Shown piece after piece: positions 9,651-19,573 of a DNA stretch of 64,000 bases. The notes below the pieces were generated by a model. That model did no database searches, was not told where the DNA came from, and saw only the letters and a list, made by a program, of their open reading frames with translations. Source of the DNA: Opitutia bacterium (GTDB taxonomy: Bacteria > Verrucomicrobiota > Verrucomicrobiia > Opitutales > T3Sed10-336); contig PWMU01000007.1 in the NCBI GenBank assembly GCA_003558065.1, positions 8,894 through 72,893 on the forward strand. Direction: 5' to 3'. A program made the translations under genes and the position numbers. The stretch's first letter is position 1, and each line of letters opens with the position of its first letter.

Positions 9651-9953
9651 TCAGGCCGCGTTCGGATCGACGCACTTTTCGCCTTTGAGCGGCTCTTTGG
9701 CGTCGACGATGACGTCGTACTTTTCACACTCGTTCGCGTTTTCTTCGATCCAGCTCTGCCATTTTTCCGGAACGTCGTAATCGGGGAAAATGGCTTCGAC
9801 CGGACATTCCGGAACACAGGCGTTACAGTCGATGCAGGTCTCCGGGTTGATGTACAGACGGTCGGGCGCTTCGTGGAACGCTTCCACGGGGCAGACTGAT
9901 GCACAACTGGTGTATTTGCAATCGACGCAATATTCGGTGACTACGTAAGCCAT
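9651..9953 (-). CDS. fdxA: 7Fe-type (FdxA-like) ferredoxin
   Basis: MAYVVTEYCVDCKYTSCASVCPVEAF..INPETCIDCNACVPECPVEAIF. Confidence 0.93.
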   Translation of the reverse strand: MAYVVTEYCVDCKYTSCASVCPVEAFHEAPDRLYINPETCIDCNACVPECPVEAIFPDYDVPEKWQSWIEENANECEKYDVIVDAKEPLKGEKCVDPNAA

Positions 9954-10020
9954 AAGTGGTATTTCTCCTGTTCTGTTTATTAGGTGCCCGCTTGCCGGGA
10001 AATTGAAAAATGGTGCAATA

Positions 10021-10051
10021 CCTTGAAAGCCGATTTCTTTCAATGTCAAGG
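10021..10051. promoter_or_regulatory. Palindromic operator-like site in the divergent ferredoxin/glgB region
   Basis: TTGAAAG-N7-CTTTCAA at 10023-10043, next to a minus-strand TTGACA (10044-10049). Confidence 0.5.
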
Positions 10052-10255
10052 ATCCGTTTCTTCGTGAAACCGCAAAAATGAGGCGCTACGGGAACCGCGT
10101 TTCATTCAAGAAATGACTTGGCTTCCGGCAGGCGCCGCGCTTAGAAGGGAAACCTCATCACAACCGCGGTCAGACCGCGTCAGGGAGGACGGGCCTCACT
10201 CCGGTTGAACGCCGTCATTTCCCTGCGAACCCGAAAAACGACAAGGCAGCAACCC

Positions 10256-12535
10256 GTGGTCATCAAAAAATCCGATTTGCAGCAATTTCTGCGTGGCGCG
10301 GAATATGACCCTCACCGGTTGCTCGGAATGCACCGTATCCGCAGGAAGGAGAAGGGCAAATCCGGGGTGGTGGTTCGCGCCTACCTTCGCGATGTGGTCC
10401 GGTGTGAGGTGGTGGACCTTGAGAAAGGCGGGGAGACCGTCCACCCGATGGAATGTCTCGATGAGACCGGTTTTTTTGAGATCCTGATCCCCGGCGCCTC
10501 CCGGGAGCCCTTTCCCTACCAGTTGCGCGCCTACGACGCCAACGGAGAGTTCCGGCAGTTTTTCGATCCCTATTCCTTTCCGCCCTTTGTGGGCGAGCAG
10601 GACCTGTACCTCTTTAACGAGGGGAACGAACACTGGATTTACACCAAGCTGGGGGCCCACCTGCGCGAGCACGCGGGAGTCCGCGGCGTTTCCTTCGCGG
10701 TCTGGGCGCCCAACGCGGGCCGTGTCTCGGTGGTGGGCAACTTCAACCACTGGGAGGGACGTTACCATCCGATGCGCCTTCTCGGGAGTTCGGGGGTCTG
10801 GGAGCTTTTCATTCCGGGGCTCCACGAGGGGGATATGTACAAGTTCGAGGTTACGGGGAAGGACGGGACCGTCCGCCTGAAAACGGACCCGTTCGGCACC
10901 TATTTCGAAAGCCCGCCGCACAACGCTTCGATCGTCTACGACACCCGTCGGTACGAGTGGGGGGATGAGGAATGGATGGAGCGCCGCGCGGCCGCCGCCG
11001 GCAAGGATCGCCCGGTTTCCATCTACGAGGTCCACCTCAATTCCTGGCGCCGCGTGGTGGAGGACGGCGACCGTCCGCTCACCTATCGCGAGCTGGCACC
11101 GCTGTTGACCGATTACGTGATCCGGATGGGCTTTACGCACGTGGAAGTGCTGCCGGTGGCCGAGCACCCGTATTCCGGGTCGTGGGGGTACCAGGTGACC
11201 GGTTTTTTCGCGCCGACCCATCGTTTCGGCGAGCCGGCGGATTTCATGTACCTGGTCGATTACCTGCACAGGCACGGGATCGGTATCATCGTGGACTGGG
11301 TGCCGGGACATTTTCCCCGCGACGCCTTTGCGCTCCCGCAATTCGACGGAACCCATCTGTACGAACACTCCGATCCCCGGCAGGGCGAGCACCGGGAGTG
11401 GGGGACCCTGATATTTAACTACGGTCGCCACGAAGTCCGGTGTTTCCTGACCAGCAACGCCCTCGCCTGGATGGACCGCTACCACATCGACGGCCTGCGG
11501 GTGGACGCCGTCGCCTCGATGCTTTATCTCGATTATTCCCGGGAAGACGGGGGATGGCTTCCCAACAGGTACGGGGGCCGGGAGAATCTGGAGGCGATCG
11601 AGTTCCTGCGGCGGACCAACGACCTCGTCCACCATTACTATCCGGGAACGTTGATGATCGCCGAGGAGTCGACCTCATGGCCCGCCGTGACCCGTCCGAC
11701 TTCCGAGGGCGGGCTCGGGTTTGACATGAAGTGGAACATGGGGTGGATGAACGATACCCTCGAGTATTTTTCAGCGGATCCCGTGTTCCGTAAATACTAT
11801 CACAGTAAGCTGACCTTCGGCATGCTTTACCAGTATTCCGAGGATTTCGTCAGCGTCTTTTCCCACGACGAAGTGGTTCACGGGAAAGCTTCGATGCTGA
11901 TGAAGATGGGGGTGGACACGATAACCGAAAAGGCACGCAACCTTCGGGCGCTTTACGCCTACATGTGGGCCTATCCCGGGAAGAAGCTGCTGTTCATGGG
12001 GAACGAATTCGGGCAGTCTTCGGAATGGCAGTATGACAGGAGTCTGGACTGGCACCTTTGCCAGTACATGGACCATGAGGGGGTGCGGCGTCTGGTTGAG
12101 GATCTGAACCACTTTTACGTGAAGGAGCCGGGGCTTTCCACACGGGATTTCGATTCGGAAGGCTTTCGCTGGATCAACGCCAATGATGCCGACAGCGGCG
12201 TCATCAGTTTTTTGCGGTACGGAACGTCGGAGGCGGATCTCTTTGCGGCGGTCTGCCATTTCACTCCCGTGTTGCGCCGGCCCTACCGGGTCGGGGTGCC
12301 GTGCGAGGGTTACTGGCGGGAGGTGATCAACACCGATTCCCATTTCTACGGCGGCCGGGACTACGGAAACCACGGGGGGCTCAGGGCCGAAGCGGTCCCG
12401 AGCGACGGCTTCGATTTCAGCCTTCTCCTCACCTTGCCGCCGGTCTCGACTTTGATTTTTCAGTGGACCGGAGAGCAAGGCAAGGGGCGGTCGGCCCCGG
12501 AAAAAAGCACGCCTACGGCAGGTGCGGGCGGATGA
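10256..12535 (+). CDS. glgB: 1,4-alpha-glucan branching enzyme (GH13)
   Basis: FAVWAPNA, IYEVHLNSW, SWGYQVTGFFAP, DWVPGHFP, DGLRVDAVASM, IAEEST, SHDEVVHGK; start (GTG 10256) uncertain. Confidence 0.97.
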   Translation: MVIKKSDLQQFLRGAEYDPHRLLGMHRIRRKEKGKSGVVVRAYLRDVVRCEVVDLEKGGETVHPMECLDETGFFEILIPGASREPFPYQLRAYDANGEFRQFFDPYSFPPFVGEQDLYLFNEGNEHWIYTKLGAHLREHAGVRGVSFAVWAPNAGRVSVVGNFNHWEGRYHPMRLLGSSGVWELFIPGLHEGDMYKFEVTGKDGTVRLKTDPFGTYFESPPHNASIVYDTRRYEWGDEEWMERRAAAAGKDRPVSIYEVHLNSWRRVVEDGDRPLTYRELAPLLTDYVIRMGFTHVEVLPVAEHPYSGSWGYQVTGFFAPTHRFGEPADFMYLVDYLHRHGIGIIVDWVPGHFPRDAFALPQFDGTHLYEHSDPRQGEHREWGTLIFNYGRHEVRCFLTSNALAWMDRYHIDGLRVDAVASMLYLDYSREDGGWLPNRYGGRENLEAIEFLRRTNDLVHHYYPGTLMIAEESTSWPAVTRPTSEGGLGFDMKWNMGWMNDTLEYFSADPVFRKYYHSKLTFGMLYQYSEDFVSVFSHDEVVHGKASMLMKMGVDTITEKARNLRALYAYMWAYPGKKLLFMGNEFGQSSEWQYDRSLDWHLCQYMDHEGVRRLVEDLNHFYVKEPGLSTRDFDSEGFRWINANDADSGVISFLRYGTSEADLFAAVCHFTPVLRRPYRVGVPCEGYWREVINTDSHFYGGRDYGNHGGLRAEAVPSDGFDFSLLLTLPPVSTLIFQWTGEQGKGRSAPEKSTPTAGAGG

Positions 12536-13214
12536 TTTCGGTCCAGAGGCGGTACCCCTGTTCATTCATGTGCAGGTCGTCGTCGCCAAAGAGTTCCGCC
12601 CGCGGTTCGCTTTTTCCGTCAAGCATGTCATCAAAAACATTGATGTAGGAAAGGGAGTCGCGTTCTTCAATGAACTCGCGAATCAATTGATTTCCCTCGC
12701 GTTTGGCGTCGAGCAGGTGTCGTCTCGAGGGGCTCGGTTTCATCGAAATGAACGCGATTCCGGTCCCGGGGAGTTCGGTCTGAACTCTGTCGACGAATTC
12801 CTGGAAATCCGCGGCGACTTCCCCGGGACGTTTGCCGGCGTTCAGGTCGTTTTCACCCGCATAAAAGATCACCATTTCCGGCCGGTACCGGATGACGGTT
12901 CGGCTGGCGAAGGCGACGGAGTCGGCGATCTGGGAACCCCCGAAACCGCGATTGATCACCCTGTGGTCCGGGAAGTCTTCGGCGATGGTGTGCCAGCGGC
13001 GAATGCTGGAGCTTCCGGTGAACAGAATCGCACCCTCCTGTGGAGGGGCCTTCCGGTCTTCCTCTTCAAAGGCCTGAATCTCTTCCTCCCAGCGGACGGG
13101 CGAAAGCGAGTTTCCGGCAGGGACAGGCCCGGAGGGGGCGGCCGGCGCGGGGTTGGAAGATAGAGAGGAACCGGTCGTGGAGGAACGGGGGGTCATCTGT
13201 TGGATGCGTGTCAT
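12513..13214 (-). CDS. SGNH/GDSL hydrolase family protein
   Basis: FTGSSSIRRW, NRGFGGS, YAGENDL, DDLHMN blocks; start uncertain (13196-13214). Confidence 0.88.
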   Translation of the reverse strand: MTRIQQMTPRSSTTGSSLSSNPAPAAPSGPVPAGNSLSPVRWEEEIQAFEEEDRKAPPQEGAILFTGSSSIRRWHTIAEDFPDHRVINRGFGGSQIADSVAFASRTVIRYRPEMVIFYAGENDLNAGKRPGEVAADFQEFVDRVQTELPGTGIAFISMKPSPSRRHLLDAKREGNQLIREFIEERDSLSYINVFDDMLDGKSEPRAELFGDDDLHMNEQGYRLWTEIIRPHLP

Positions 13215-13309
13215 TGCCGGCCAGTTTTGCGGGAATTCCCGGGGGATGGCAAGGGTGCGGGGACAGGTTTGCACTCGACAGTTACTTTTTGTTGTCGGAT
13301 GATGCCGTT

Positions 13310-14284
13310 ATGACAGATGAAACGTCATTCGATCGACGTCCCGCCTTGTTCGACCACCAGGTCAACGGCTTTGCCGGGATCGATTTTCAGCGGAGCGACA
13401 TGACCCGGGAGATGCTCAGGACCGCGGTTCAGGAACTGCGCAAACACGGGATTTACCGGATATTTCTGACCTTGATCACCGATGAGATCGAGGCGCTCTG
13501 CGGGAAGCTCGAAAGGGTCGAGACCTTTCGGGCGGAAGACCCGTTGATCCATGAAACCGTGGCCGGTTATCACATCGAAGGTCCCTACCTGAGCCCGAAA
13601 CCGGGCTACCGCGGCGCGCATCCGGCGGAGAAAATGAAAGCGCCCGACCTGAGGGAATTCGGGCGCCTGCAGGCCGCGGCGAATGGAGGGATCCGGATTC
13701 TGACTCTGGCGCCGGAATGGGAGGGAAGCGACGGGTTCATCCGCGAAGTGGTCTCCCGCGACGTTGCCGTCTCGCTCGGTCACACGGACGCCTCCCACGA
13801 GGCTATCGATCGCGCGATCCGGGCGGGAGCGACCTTGTGCACGCATCTGGGGAACGGGTGTCCTGGCGTGCTGGACCGTCATGCCAATGTGATTCAGCGC
13901 CTCCTCGCAAGGGACGAACTCACCGCCTGCTTTATCCCCTACGGCATTCACATTCCGCCGCACGCATTGAAAAACCTCTACCGGGCGAAACCGAAGGGGA
14001 AAACGATTCTGACCTCCGATTGCATGGCTGCGGCGGGCGCTCCGAACGGGCGGTATACTTTGGGCGAATTGGAGATCGAAGTCGGTGACGATCGCGTGGT
14101 CCGCCAGCCGGGCGAGAGCAACCTGGCCGGTTCGGCGCTGACTCTGGAAGAAGGGGTGATGAATTTTTCGCTCTGGCTGGACGTTCCCATGGAAGAGGCC
14201 TGGGCACTCGGTTCGACCGCAGTGGCGGATCGTTTCGGCATCGAGCTCCCGATGATCGCCGGCCCGGCTCAAGCGATCGGGTGA
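13310..14284 (+). CDS. nagA: N-acetylglucosamine-6-phosphate deacetylase
   Basis: DHQVNG, HIEGPYLS, RGAHP, TLAPE, LGHTDA, THLGNG, TSD, LAGS. Confidence 0.88.
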   Translation: MTDETSFDRRPALFDHQVNGFAGIDFQRSDMTREMLRTAVQELRKHGIYRIFLTLITDEIEALCGKLERVETFRAEDPLIHETVAGYHIEGPYLSPKPGYRGAHPAEKMKAPDLREFGRLQAAANGGIRILTLAPEWEGSDGFIREVVSRDVAVSLGHTDASHEAIDRAIRAGATLCTHLGNGCPGVLDRHANVIQRLLARDELTACFIPYGIHIPPHALKNLYRAKPKGKTILTSDCMAAAGAPNGRYTLGELEIEVGDDRVVRQPGESNLAGSALTLEEGVMNFSLWLDVPMEEAWALGSTAVADRFGIELPMIAGPAQAIG

Positions 14285-14455
14285 GGGAGCGGGAGGTTGA
14301 GCGGTTTCGCGTTTCAGCGCCCCCGCGGGCCGGCCGGGGTCCGGGGCATCGAATTGCGGCGGACCGAACGGGAGATCCGAACGCCGGCACCCGGAAGCTG
14401 ACTTTGCCGAGACGCCGGTTTCCGCGGGGGTCGCCGACGGATTCGGCACACGGCT

Positions 14456-15604
14456 CTATTGCCCGAGTAGCTTCAGGAATTCCCGGTTGCTCTTGGTTTT
14501 GGAGAGGCGGGAAATCATGGTGTCGGCGGCGTCTTGGGTCTTCAGAGAAGCCAGCGCCCGGCGGAAGAAGTGAATCTTTTCCAGCTCCTCCTCCGGGATG
14601 AGGAGCTCCTCGCGCCGGGTGCCGGAAGCCGTCACATCGATGGCCGGCCACAGCCGGAGTTCCGCCACCTTTCGGTCCAGCACCAACTCCATGTTTCCGG
14701 TACCCTTGAACTCCTGGAATATCAATTCGTCCATGCGGCTGCCCGTTTCGATCAGGGCCGAGGCGATGATCGTGAGGCTGCCCGCTTCCTCGGTGTTACG
14801 GGCGGCTGAAAAAATCTGCCGCGGCTTTTCCATGGCGCGGACGTCGAGCCCGCCGCTCATCGTTCGGCCGCTGCCGCCGCGCGCGGAGTTGTGGGCGCGG
14901 GCGAGACGGGTGAGCGAATCCATCAGGATCACCGCGTCGACGCCGGTTTCGGCCAGGCGTTTGGCCCGTTCGATGGCCAGGTCGGCGACCCGGAGGTGAT
15001 TGGCGAGGGGCTCGTCATTCGAGGACGCGAAGATCTCCGCCGGGACGCTGCGTTTCAAGTCAGTCACTTCCTCGGGGCGTTCGTCCACCAGGACCAGCAT
15101 CACGTGGCACTCCGGGTGGTTCTCAAGAACGCCGAGTGCAATGTCGCGAAGAAGCGTTGTTTTACCGGTGCGGGGCGGCGCGACAATCAGGCCGCGCTGA
15201 CCCTTCCCTATGGGGCAAAACAAGTCGATGACCCGAACGGTCATGCGGCCGTCCTTCATCTCCACCCGGAGGGGCTCGTCCGGGGTGATCGTGGTGAGTT
15301 CGGTGAAGTCGGGATGCTTGCGGCGTTCCTCCACAGGCAGGTTGTCGACTGATTCAATAAAGCGCACCCGCGGCCGTGAATCTTTCGGGTCGGTCACAAC
15401 GGTGGCCTTAAGGAAATTCCCGGTCTGAAGCTTGAAGCGGCGGATCAGTTCCTTGTCCACCGTCGGGTCGGTGCTTCGTGCCTTGCCGTTGTGTTCCGGG
15501 TTCAGCAGGATGCCGCGCCGTTTCCGGTCAATCTCCAGGATCCCCGCCGCGGACTGTTCCGAGCCGGCCCCGGCCGGCTGTTCCGTTGTAGTTTTTTTTG
15601 TCAT
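14456..15604 (-). CDS. rho: Transcription termination factor Rho (short N-terminus)
   Basis: PIGKGQRGLIVAPPRTGKT, DERPEEVTD, DSLTRLARA, FQEFKGTGNMEL, SGTRREELL. Confidence 0.93.
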   Translation of the reverse strand: MTKKTTTEQPAGAGSEQSAAGILEIDRKRRGILLNPEHNGKARSTDPTVDKELIRRFKLQTGNFLKATVVTDPKDSRPRVRFIESVDNLPVEERRKHPDFTELTTITPDEPLRVEMKDGRMTVRVIDLFCPIGKGQRGLIVAPPRTGKTTLLRDIALGVLENHPECHVMLVLVDERPEEVTDLKRSVPAEIFASSNDEPLANHLRVADLAIERAKRLAETGVDAVILMDSLTRLARAHNSARGGSGRTMSGGLDVRAMEKPRQIFSAARNTEEAGSLTIIASALIETGSRMDELIFQEFKGTGNMELVLDRKVAELRLWPAIDVTASGTRREELLIPEEELEKIHFFRRALASLKTQDAADTMISRLSKTKSNREFLKLLGQ

Positions 15605-15783
15605 ACAGAAAGTCGTCGATAAGATTTTCGATGCCATTCGCGGCAATTCCGGTGTGTGGACAGGGAGCCGGCCGGCAAGGGAGTGGGGCCGGTGTTTGAA
15701 AAAATCCCGCGGTCGCGTTCCCGGAATGATTTACGGACTTGACCTCTCAGAAGGAAGTCTTTCAAGACTAGGGGAAGATAAGC

Positions 15784-17790
15784 ATGAGTAATGCCGGTGA
15801 CTTTGCACCTAATACAAAAACCCACGAAATGGCTATGGAAGACAAAATAACCTCTGTTTCAAAGGAAAAAAGGGTCATCAAGCCCGCTGCGGAATTCCAA
15901 AAACAAGCCAATATCGGCAGCATGACCGCCTACCGGAAAATGTACCGGGAATCGATCAATAGTCCGTCAAAGTTCTGGGCAAAGCAAGCAAAAGATTTCC
16001 TCGTCTGGCGCAAGCCCTGGAACAAGGTCGTGGAGTGGAAGGCGCCGCACGCGAAGTGGTTTACCGGGGGGATGATCAATGTTGCCGAGAACTGTCTCGA
16101 CCGCCACCTGGGGACGGCGCGTGAGAACAAGGCCGCCATCATTTTCGAGGGAGAGCCCGGGGATGTCCGGACGATCACCTACAAGCAGCTTCACGGAGAG
16201 GTGTGCCGGTTCGCCAATGTGCTGACCCGGCTTGGGGTCAAGAAAGGGGACCGTGTGGCGATCTATCTGCCGATGGTGCCCGAGGCCGCCGTAGCGATGC
16301 TGGCGACCGCGCGCATCGGGGCGATTCATACCGTTATTTTCGGCGGCTTCAGTTCCTCGGCCATCACCGAGCGGGTGAACGACTGCGAAGCGAAGCTGGT
16401 GATTACGGCCGACGGCGGCTACCGGCGCGGCGGGGTGGTCGAGCTGAAGAAGAATGTGGATGAGGCGCTCAAAAAGACGCCTTCCGTCGAGAAGGTGGTC
16501 GTGGTCAGGCGTTGCGGTAATTCCGTGCAGATGAAGAAGGGGCGCGATGTCTGGTACCACGAGGAATTGGAGGAGGCCAGCCCCGTTCACAAAGCCAAGG
16601 GCTTCTCCAGCGAAAATCCCTTGTTCATTCTTTACACCAGCGGGAGCACGGGCAAGCCGAAGGGCGTGCTGCACACCTCCGCCGGTTATCTTCTCGGGAC
16701 GGCCCTCACGAGCTATTACGTGTTCGACCTGAAAGAGTACGACACCTACTGGTGTTCGGCGGACGTCGGCTGGATTACCGGCCACAGTTACGTGGTTTAC
16801 GGGCCGCTTTGCAGCGGGGCGACCACCGTCATGTACGAGGGAGCGCCCAATTACCCGGATATCGACCGCTTCTGGTCCATTATAGAACGGCACCGGATTT
16901 CCATTTTCTATACCGCCCCGACCGCTATTCGCGCGTTCATGAGGGGCGGGGACGAGCCGGTGAAGAAACACGACATGAGCTCATTGCGTTTGCTGGGAAC
17001 CGTCGGCGAGCCGATCAATCCGGAAGCGTGGATGTGGTACTATAAGACGATCGGCGGCGGACGTTGTCCGGTTGTCGATACGTGGTGGCAGACCGAGACC
17101 GGGGCGATCATGATCACGCCGCTTCCCGGGGTCACTCCCATGAAACCCGGGTCGGCGACCCTGCCGTTCTTCGGCGTCGAGCCGGAGGTGGTCGACGACA
17201 GCGGCAGGAAAGTCCCGAAAAACAGCGGGGGCAAGCTGGTCATCAAGAGGCCCTGGCCCTCGATGCTCCGTACGCTCTGGGGCGACGATAAACGTTTTAA
17301 AGAGCAGTATTGGAGCCAGTTTCCGGGAATCTATTTCTGCGGCGATGGTTGCCGGCAGGACAAGGACGGCTACTACTGGATTGTCGGGCGGATCGACGAC
17401 GTGCTGAATGTATCCGGGCACCGCCTGGGAACCGCCGAGCTCGAGAGCGCTTTGGTCAGTCATGCCGACGTCGCCGAGGCTGCCATTGTCAGCAAACCCG
17501 ACGAAATCAAGGGCAGCGGCGTCGTGGCGTTTGTCACCCTCAAGGCCGGCAGGAACGGAAGTGATAATCTCAAAAAGACACTCCGCGAGCACGTCGGCAA
17601 GGAGATCGGGCCGATCGCCCGGCCCGACGAGATCCGTTTCACCGAGGGCCTCCCCAAAACCCGCAGCGGCAAGATCATGCGCCGGATCCTCAAGGAGGTG
17701 GCCAGCGGCGGGGACCGTTACGGGGACGTGACGACGCTCGAGGATTTCAACGTCGTGGCCAGGCTCGCCAAGACCGGGGAAGACGAGTGA
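15784..17790 (+). CDS. acs: Acetyl-CoA synthetase
   Basis: [39 protein letters not shown]; true start may be ATG 15829 or 15835. Confidence 0.97.
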   Translation: MSNAGDFAPNTKTHEMAMEDKITSVSKEKRVIKPAAEFQKQANIGSMTAYRKMYRESINSPSKFWAKQAKDFLVWRKPWNKVVEWKAPHAKWFTGGMINVAENCLDRHLGTARENKAAIIFEGEPGDVRTITYKQLHGEVCRFANVLTRLGVKKGDRVAIYLPMVPEAAVAMLATARIGAIHTVIFGGFSSSAITERVNDCEAKLVITADGGYRRGGVVELKKNVDEALKKTPSVEKVVVVRRCGNSVQMKKGRDVWYHEELEEASPVHKAKGFSSENPLFILYTSGSTGKPKGVLHTSAGYLLGTALTSYYVFDLKEYDTYWCSADVGWITGHSYVVYGPLCSGATTVMYEGAPNYPDIDRFWSIIERHRISIFYTAPTAIRAFMRGGDEPVKKHDMSSLRLLGTVGEPINPEAWMWYYKTIGGGRCPVVDTWWQTETGAIMITPLPGVTPMKPGSATLPFFGVEPEVVDDSGRKVPKNSGGKLVIKRPWPSMLRTLWGDDKRFKEQYWSQFPGIYFCGDGCRQDKDGYYWIVGRIDDVLNVSGHRLGTAELESALVSHADVAEAAIVSKPDEIKGSGVVAFVTLKAGRNGSDNLKKTLREHVGKEIGPIARPDEIRFTEGLPKTRSGKIMRRILKEVASGGDRYGDVTTLEDFNVVARLAKTGEDE

Positions 17791-18038
17791 GTGAGATCGA
17801 GGGGGATGCGAGTATCGAGGGGAAGAGGTTTCCGATCATTGTACGCGGAGCCCCACCCTTGACCTTTGTCACTCACTCAATCGGTGTGGATTAGGGCTAG
17901 ACTTTCACGGTTTTCTTTGCTGAGCTTGACTTCGCGTGCGGTCGGGGCTGCCCGGAACCGAAGGGCGCAACCGCTTGACTTCAAGTGATAACAGTAGAGG
18001 AAGCCGATTTGACAGTATCAAACAACCGCAGCAACTTG

Positions 18039-18683
18039 ATGTTTAAGCCTCAGAGATACCCGACGACACGCAACGCCTTCACCATAATCGAATTGCTGGT
18101 GGTTCTCGGGATCATTGTGGTCCTGGCCGGCATCACCTTCGGTTTGATGTCGGGAGCCCAGGAACGGGGCAGAACTTCCCGTGCCCAGGCGGAGTTGCGG
18201 GCCCTGGCACAGGCATTGGAGCAATACCAGGGGCAGTACGGCGATTATCCGTGGGTGGAAATGCCGGGTGTCGCGACCAATGAGGAAGTGTTGTTCAACG
18301 CCCTGGCGGGTATTGTCGGCCCTACGGGAGACCCGATCCGGGATGATTCCGGCGCGACCCGTGTCGGCCGGGTCTATGTTGATTTTTCGCGGTTCAGCAT
18401 TGGAGACCGGGATAACGAAGCTTTGAGCGAAGCCGAACGGGACGAGCTGCCGCGCGCCGGGGAGACTTCGCCGGGAGTGCTCGAACGGCGGTTTCTGGAC
18501 CCCTGGGGAAATCCTTATCGTTATTATTATAAGAGCCGTACGGAACAACCCGATTTTTCCTGGGAGCGAAGGGGGTTCGTCCTTTATTCGGCCGGCCCCA
18601 GCGGCGAACACCGGGAACCGGGGAATGACGGGGTCATGCCGGACCGCATGGAGAACGACGACAATATTTATTTCGATGATTGA
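18039..18683 (+). CDS. Prepilin-type N-terminal cleavage/methylation protein (GspG-like pseudopilin)
   Basis: NA|FTIIELLVVLGIIVVLAGI; C-terminal LDPWGNPYRY..FVLYSAGP. Confidence 0.9.
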   Translation: MFKPQRYPTTRNAFTIIELLVVLGIIVVLAGITFGLMSGAQERGRTSRAQAELRALAQALEQYQGQYGDYPWVEMPGVATNEEVLFNALAGIVGPTGDPIRDDSGATRVGRVYVDFSRFSIGDRDNEALSEAERDELPRAGETSPGVLERRFLDPWGNPYRYYYKSRTEQPDFSWERRGFVLYSAGPSGEHREPGNDGVMPDRMENDDNIYFDD

Positions 18684-18743
18684 TTGCCCCGGCCCCGGCT
18701 CGGGGCTGGAGTGATTCCTTAACTTTAATGGAGGGAGCAACAG

Positions 18744-19478
18744 ATGAATGACATTTATATGAAAACAACGCTGAATCGAACCCGTGGCCCATCGCGAGGT
18801 CCGTCGGGAAGAAAGACAGGGTTCACCCTGATCGAGCTGCTGACGGTCATTGCGGTGATCGGTGTTCTGGCGGCAATCCTGATTCCGACCATGAGCAAGG
18901 TCCGCCAGAGCGCGAACAACAGCCGGACCCAGGCCCAGTTCAGCCAGTGGATCACCGCGATCGAGAGTTTTAAACAGGAGTACGGGTACTACCCCGATTT
19001 CGATTCCGACGGGGATGGGGGTTGGAACCCGAGCGGCGAGGCGGCGGTCAGTCTTCAAAGCGAACGGCCGCGCAGAAACTTCATCGAGATCCTTTCAGGG
19101 CGGATGCCCGACGGGGCCCGGTTTCAGGATAATCCCCGATACCGTGAGCATCCGAACCGCCGGCGTATTTCCTTTTATTCCTTTTCGGAAGACGACTTCG
19201 ACCATTCCGGTTCCCAAACGATCCCCTATATCGTCGACGCTTTTAACAACAATGACATTGTCGTCGTTGTGGACCGAACCGGGAATGGGATCATCGACCG
19301 GGAGGATCTTGACGGCGCCGATCTTCCCAGGGTATCGCCCAGAGAGAATGTCAATGTCAGCGCCCGTCCCGATCTTCCCGACCGCGGGATCCGCGCCGGG
19401 GTGATCATTTATTCGGCCGGGGCGCGGGCCAATTCCGATGCCGGGGTAGCGGAAAATCTCGTCAAGTCCTGGCAATAG
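18744..19478 (+). CDS. Prepilin-type pseudopilin
   Basis: TG|FTLIELLTVIAVIGVLAAILIP; AIESFKQEYGYYP; GGAGG before ATG. Confidence 0.9.
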   Translation: MNDIYMKTTLNRTRGPSRGPSGRKTGFTLIELLTVIAVIGVLAAILIPTMSKVRQSANNSRTQAQFSQWITAIESFKQEYGYYPDFDSDGDGGWNPSGEAAVSLQSERPRRNFIEILSGRMPDGARFQDNPRYREHPNRRRISFYSFSEDDFDHSGSQTIPYIVDAFNNNDIVVVVDRTGNGIIDREDLDGADLPRVSPRENVNVSARPDLPDRGIRAGVIIYSAGARANSDAGVAENLVKSWQ

Positions 19479-19573
19479 GGGCGGCTGCGTGCCGGTGGGT
19501 TTCGAAGTTCGTGAAGTCACCGATTGCCCCTTTCCTCAAAATCAAGCAACACACAGATCCCTCCGATAGAAAA

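Noticed and set aside
14285-14455. Possible ncRNA between convergent nagA and rho
   Set aside because: Only a 9-bp all-GC inverted pair and a weak 8-bp periodicity, which is expected by chance at this GC content.
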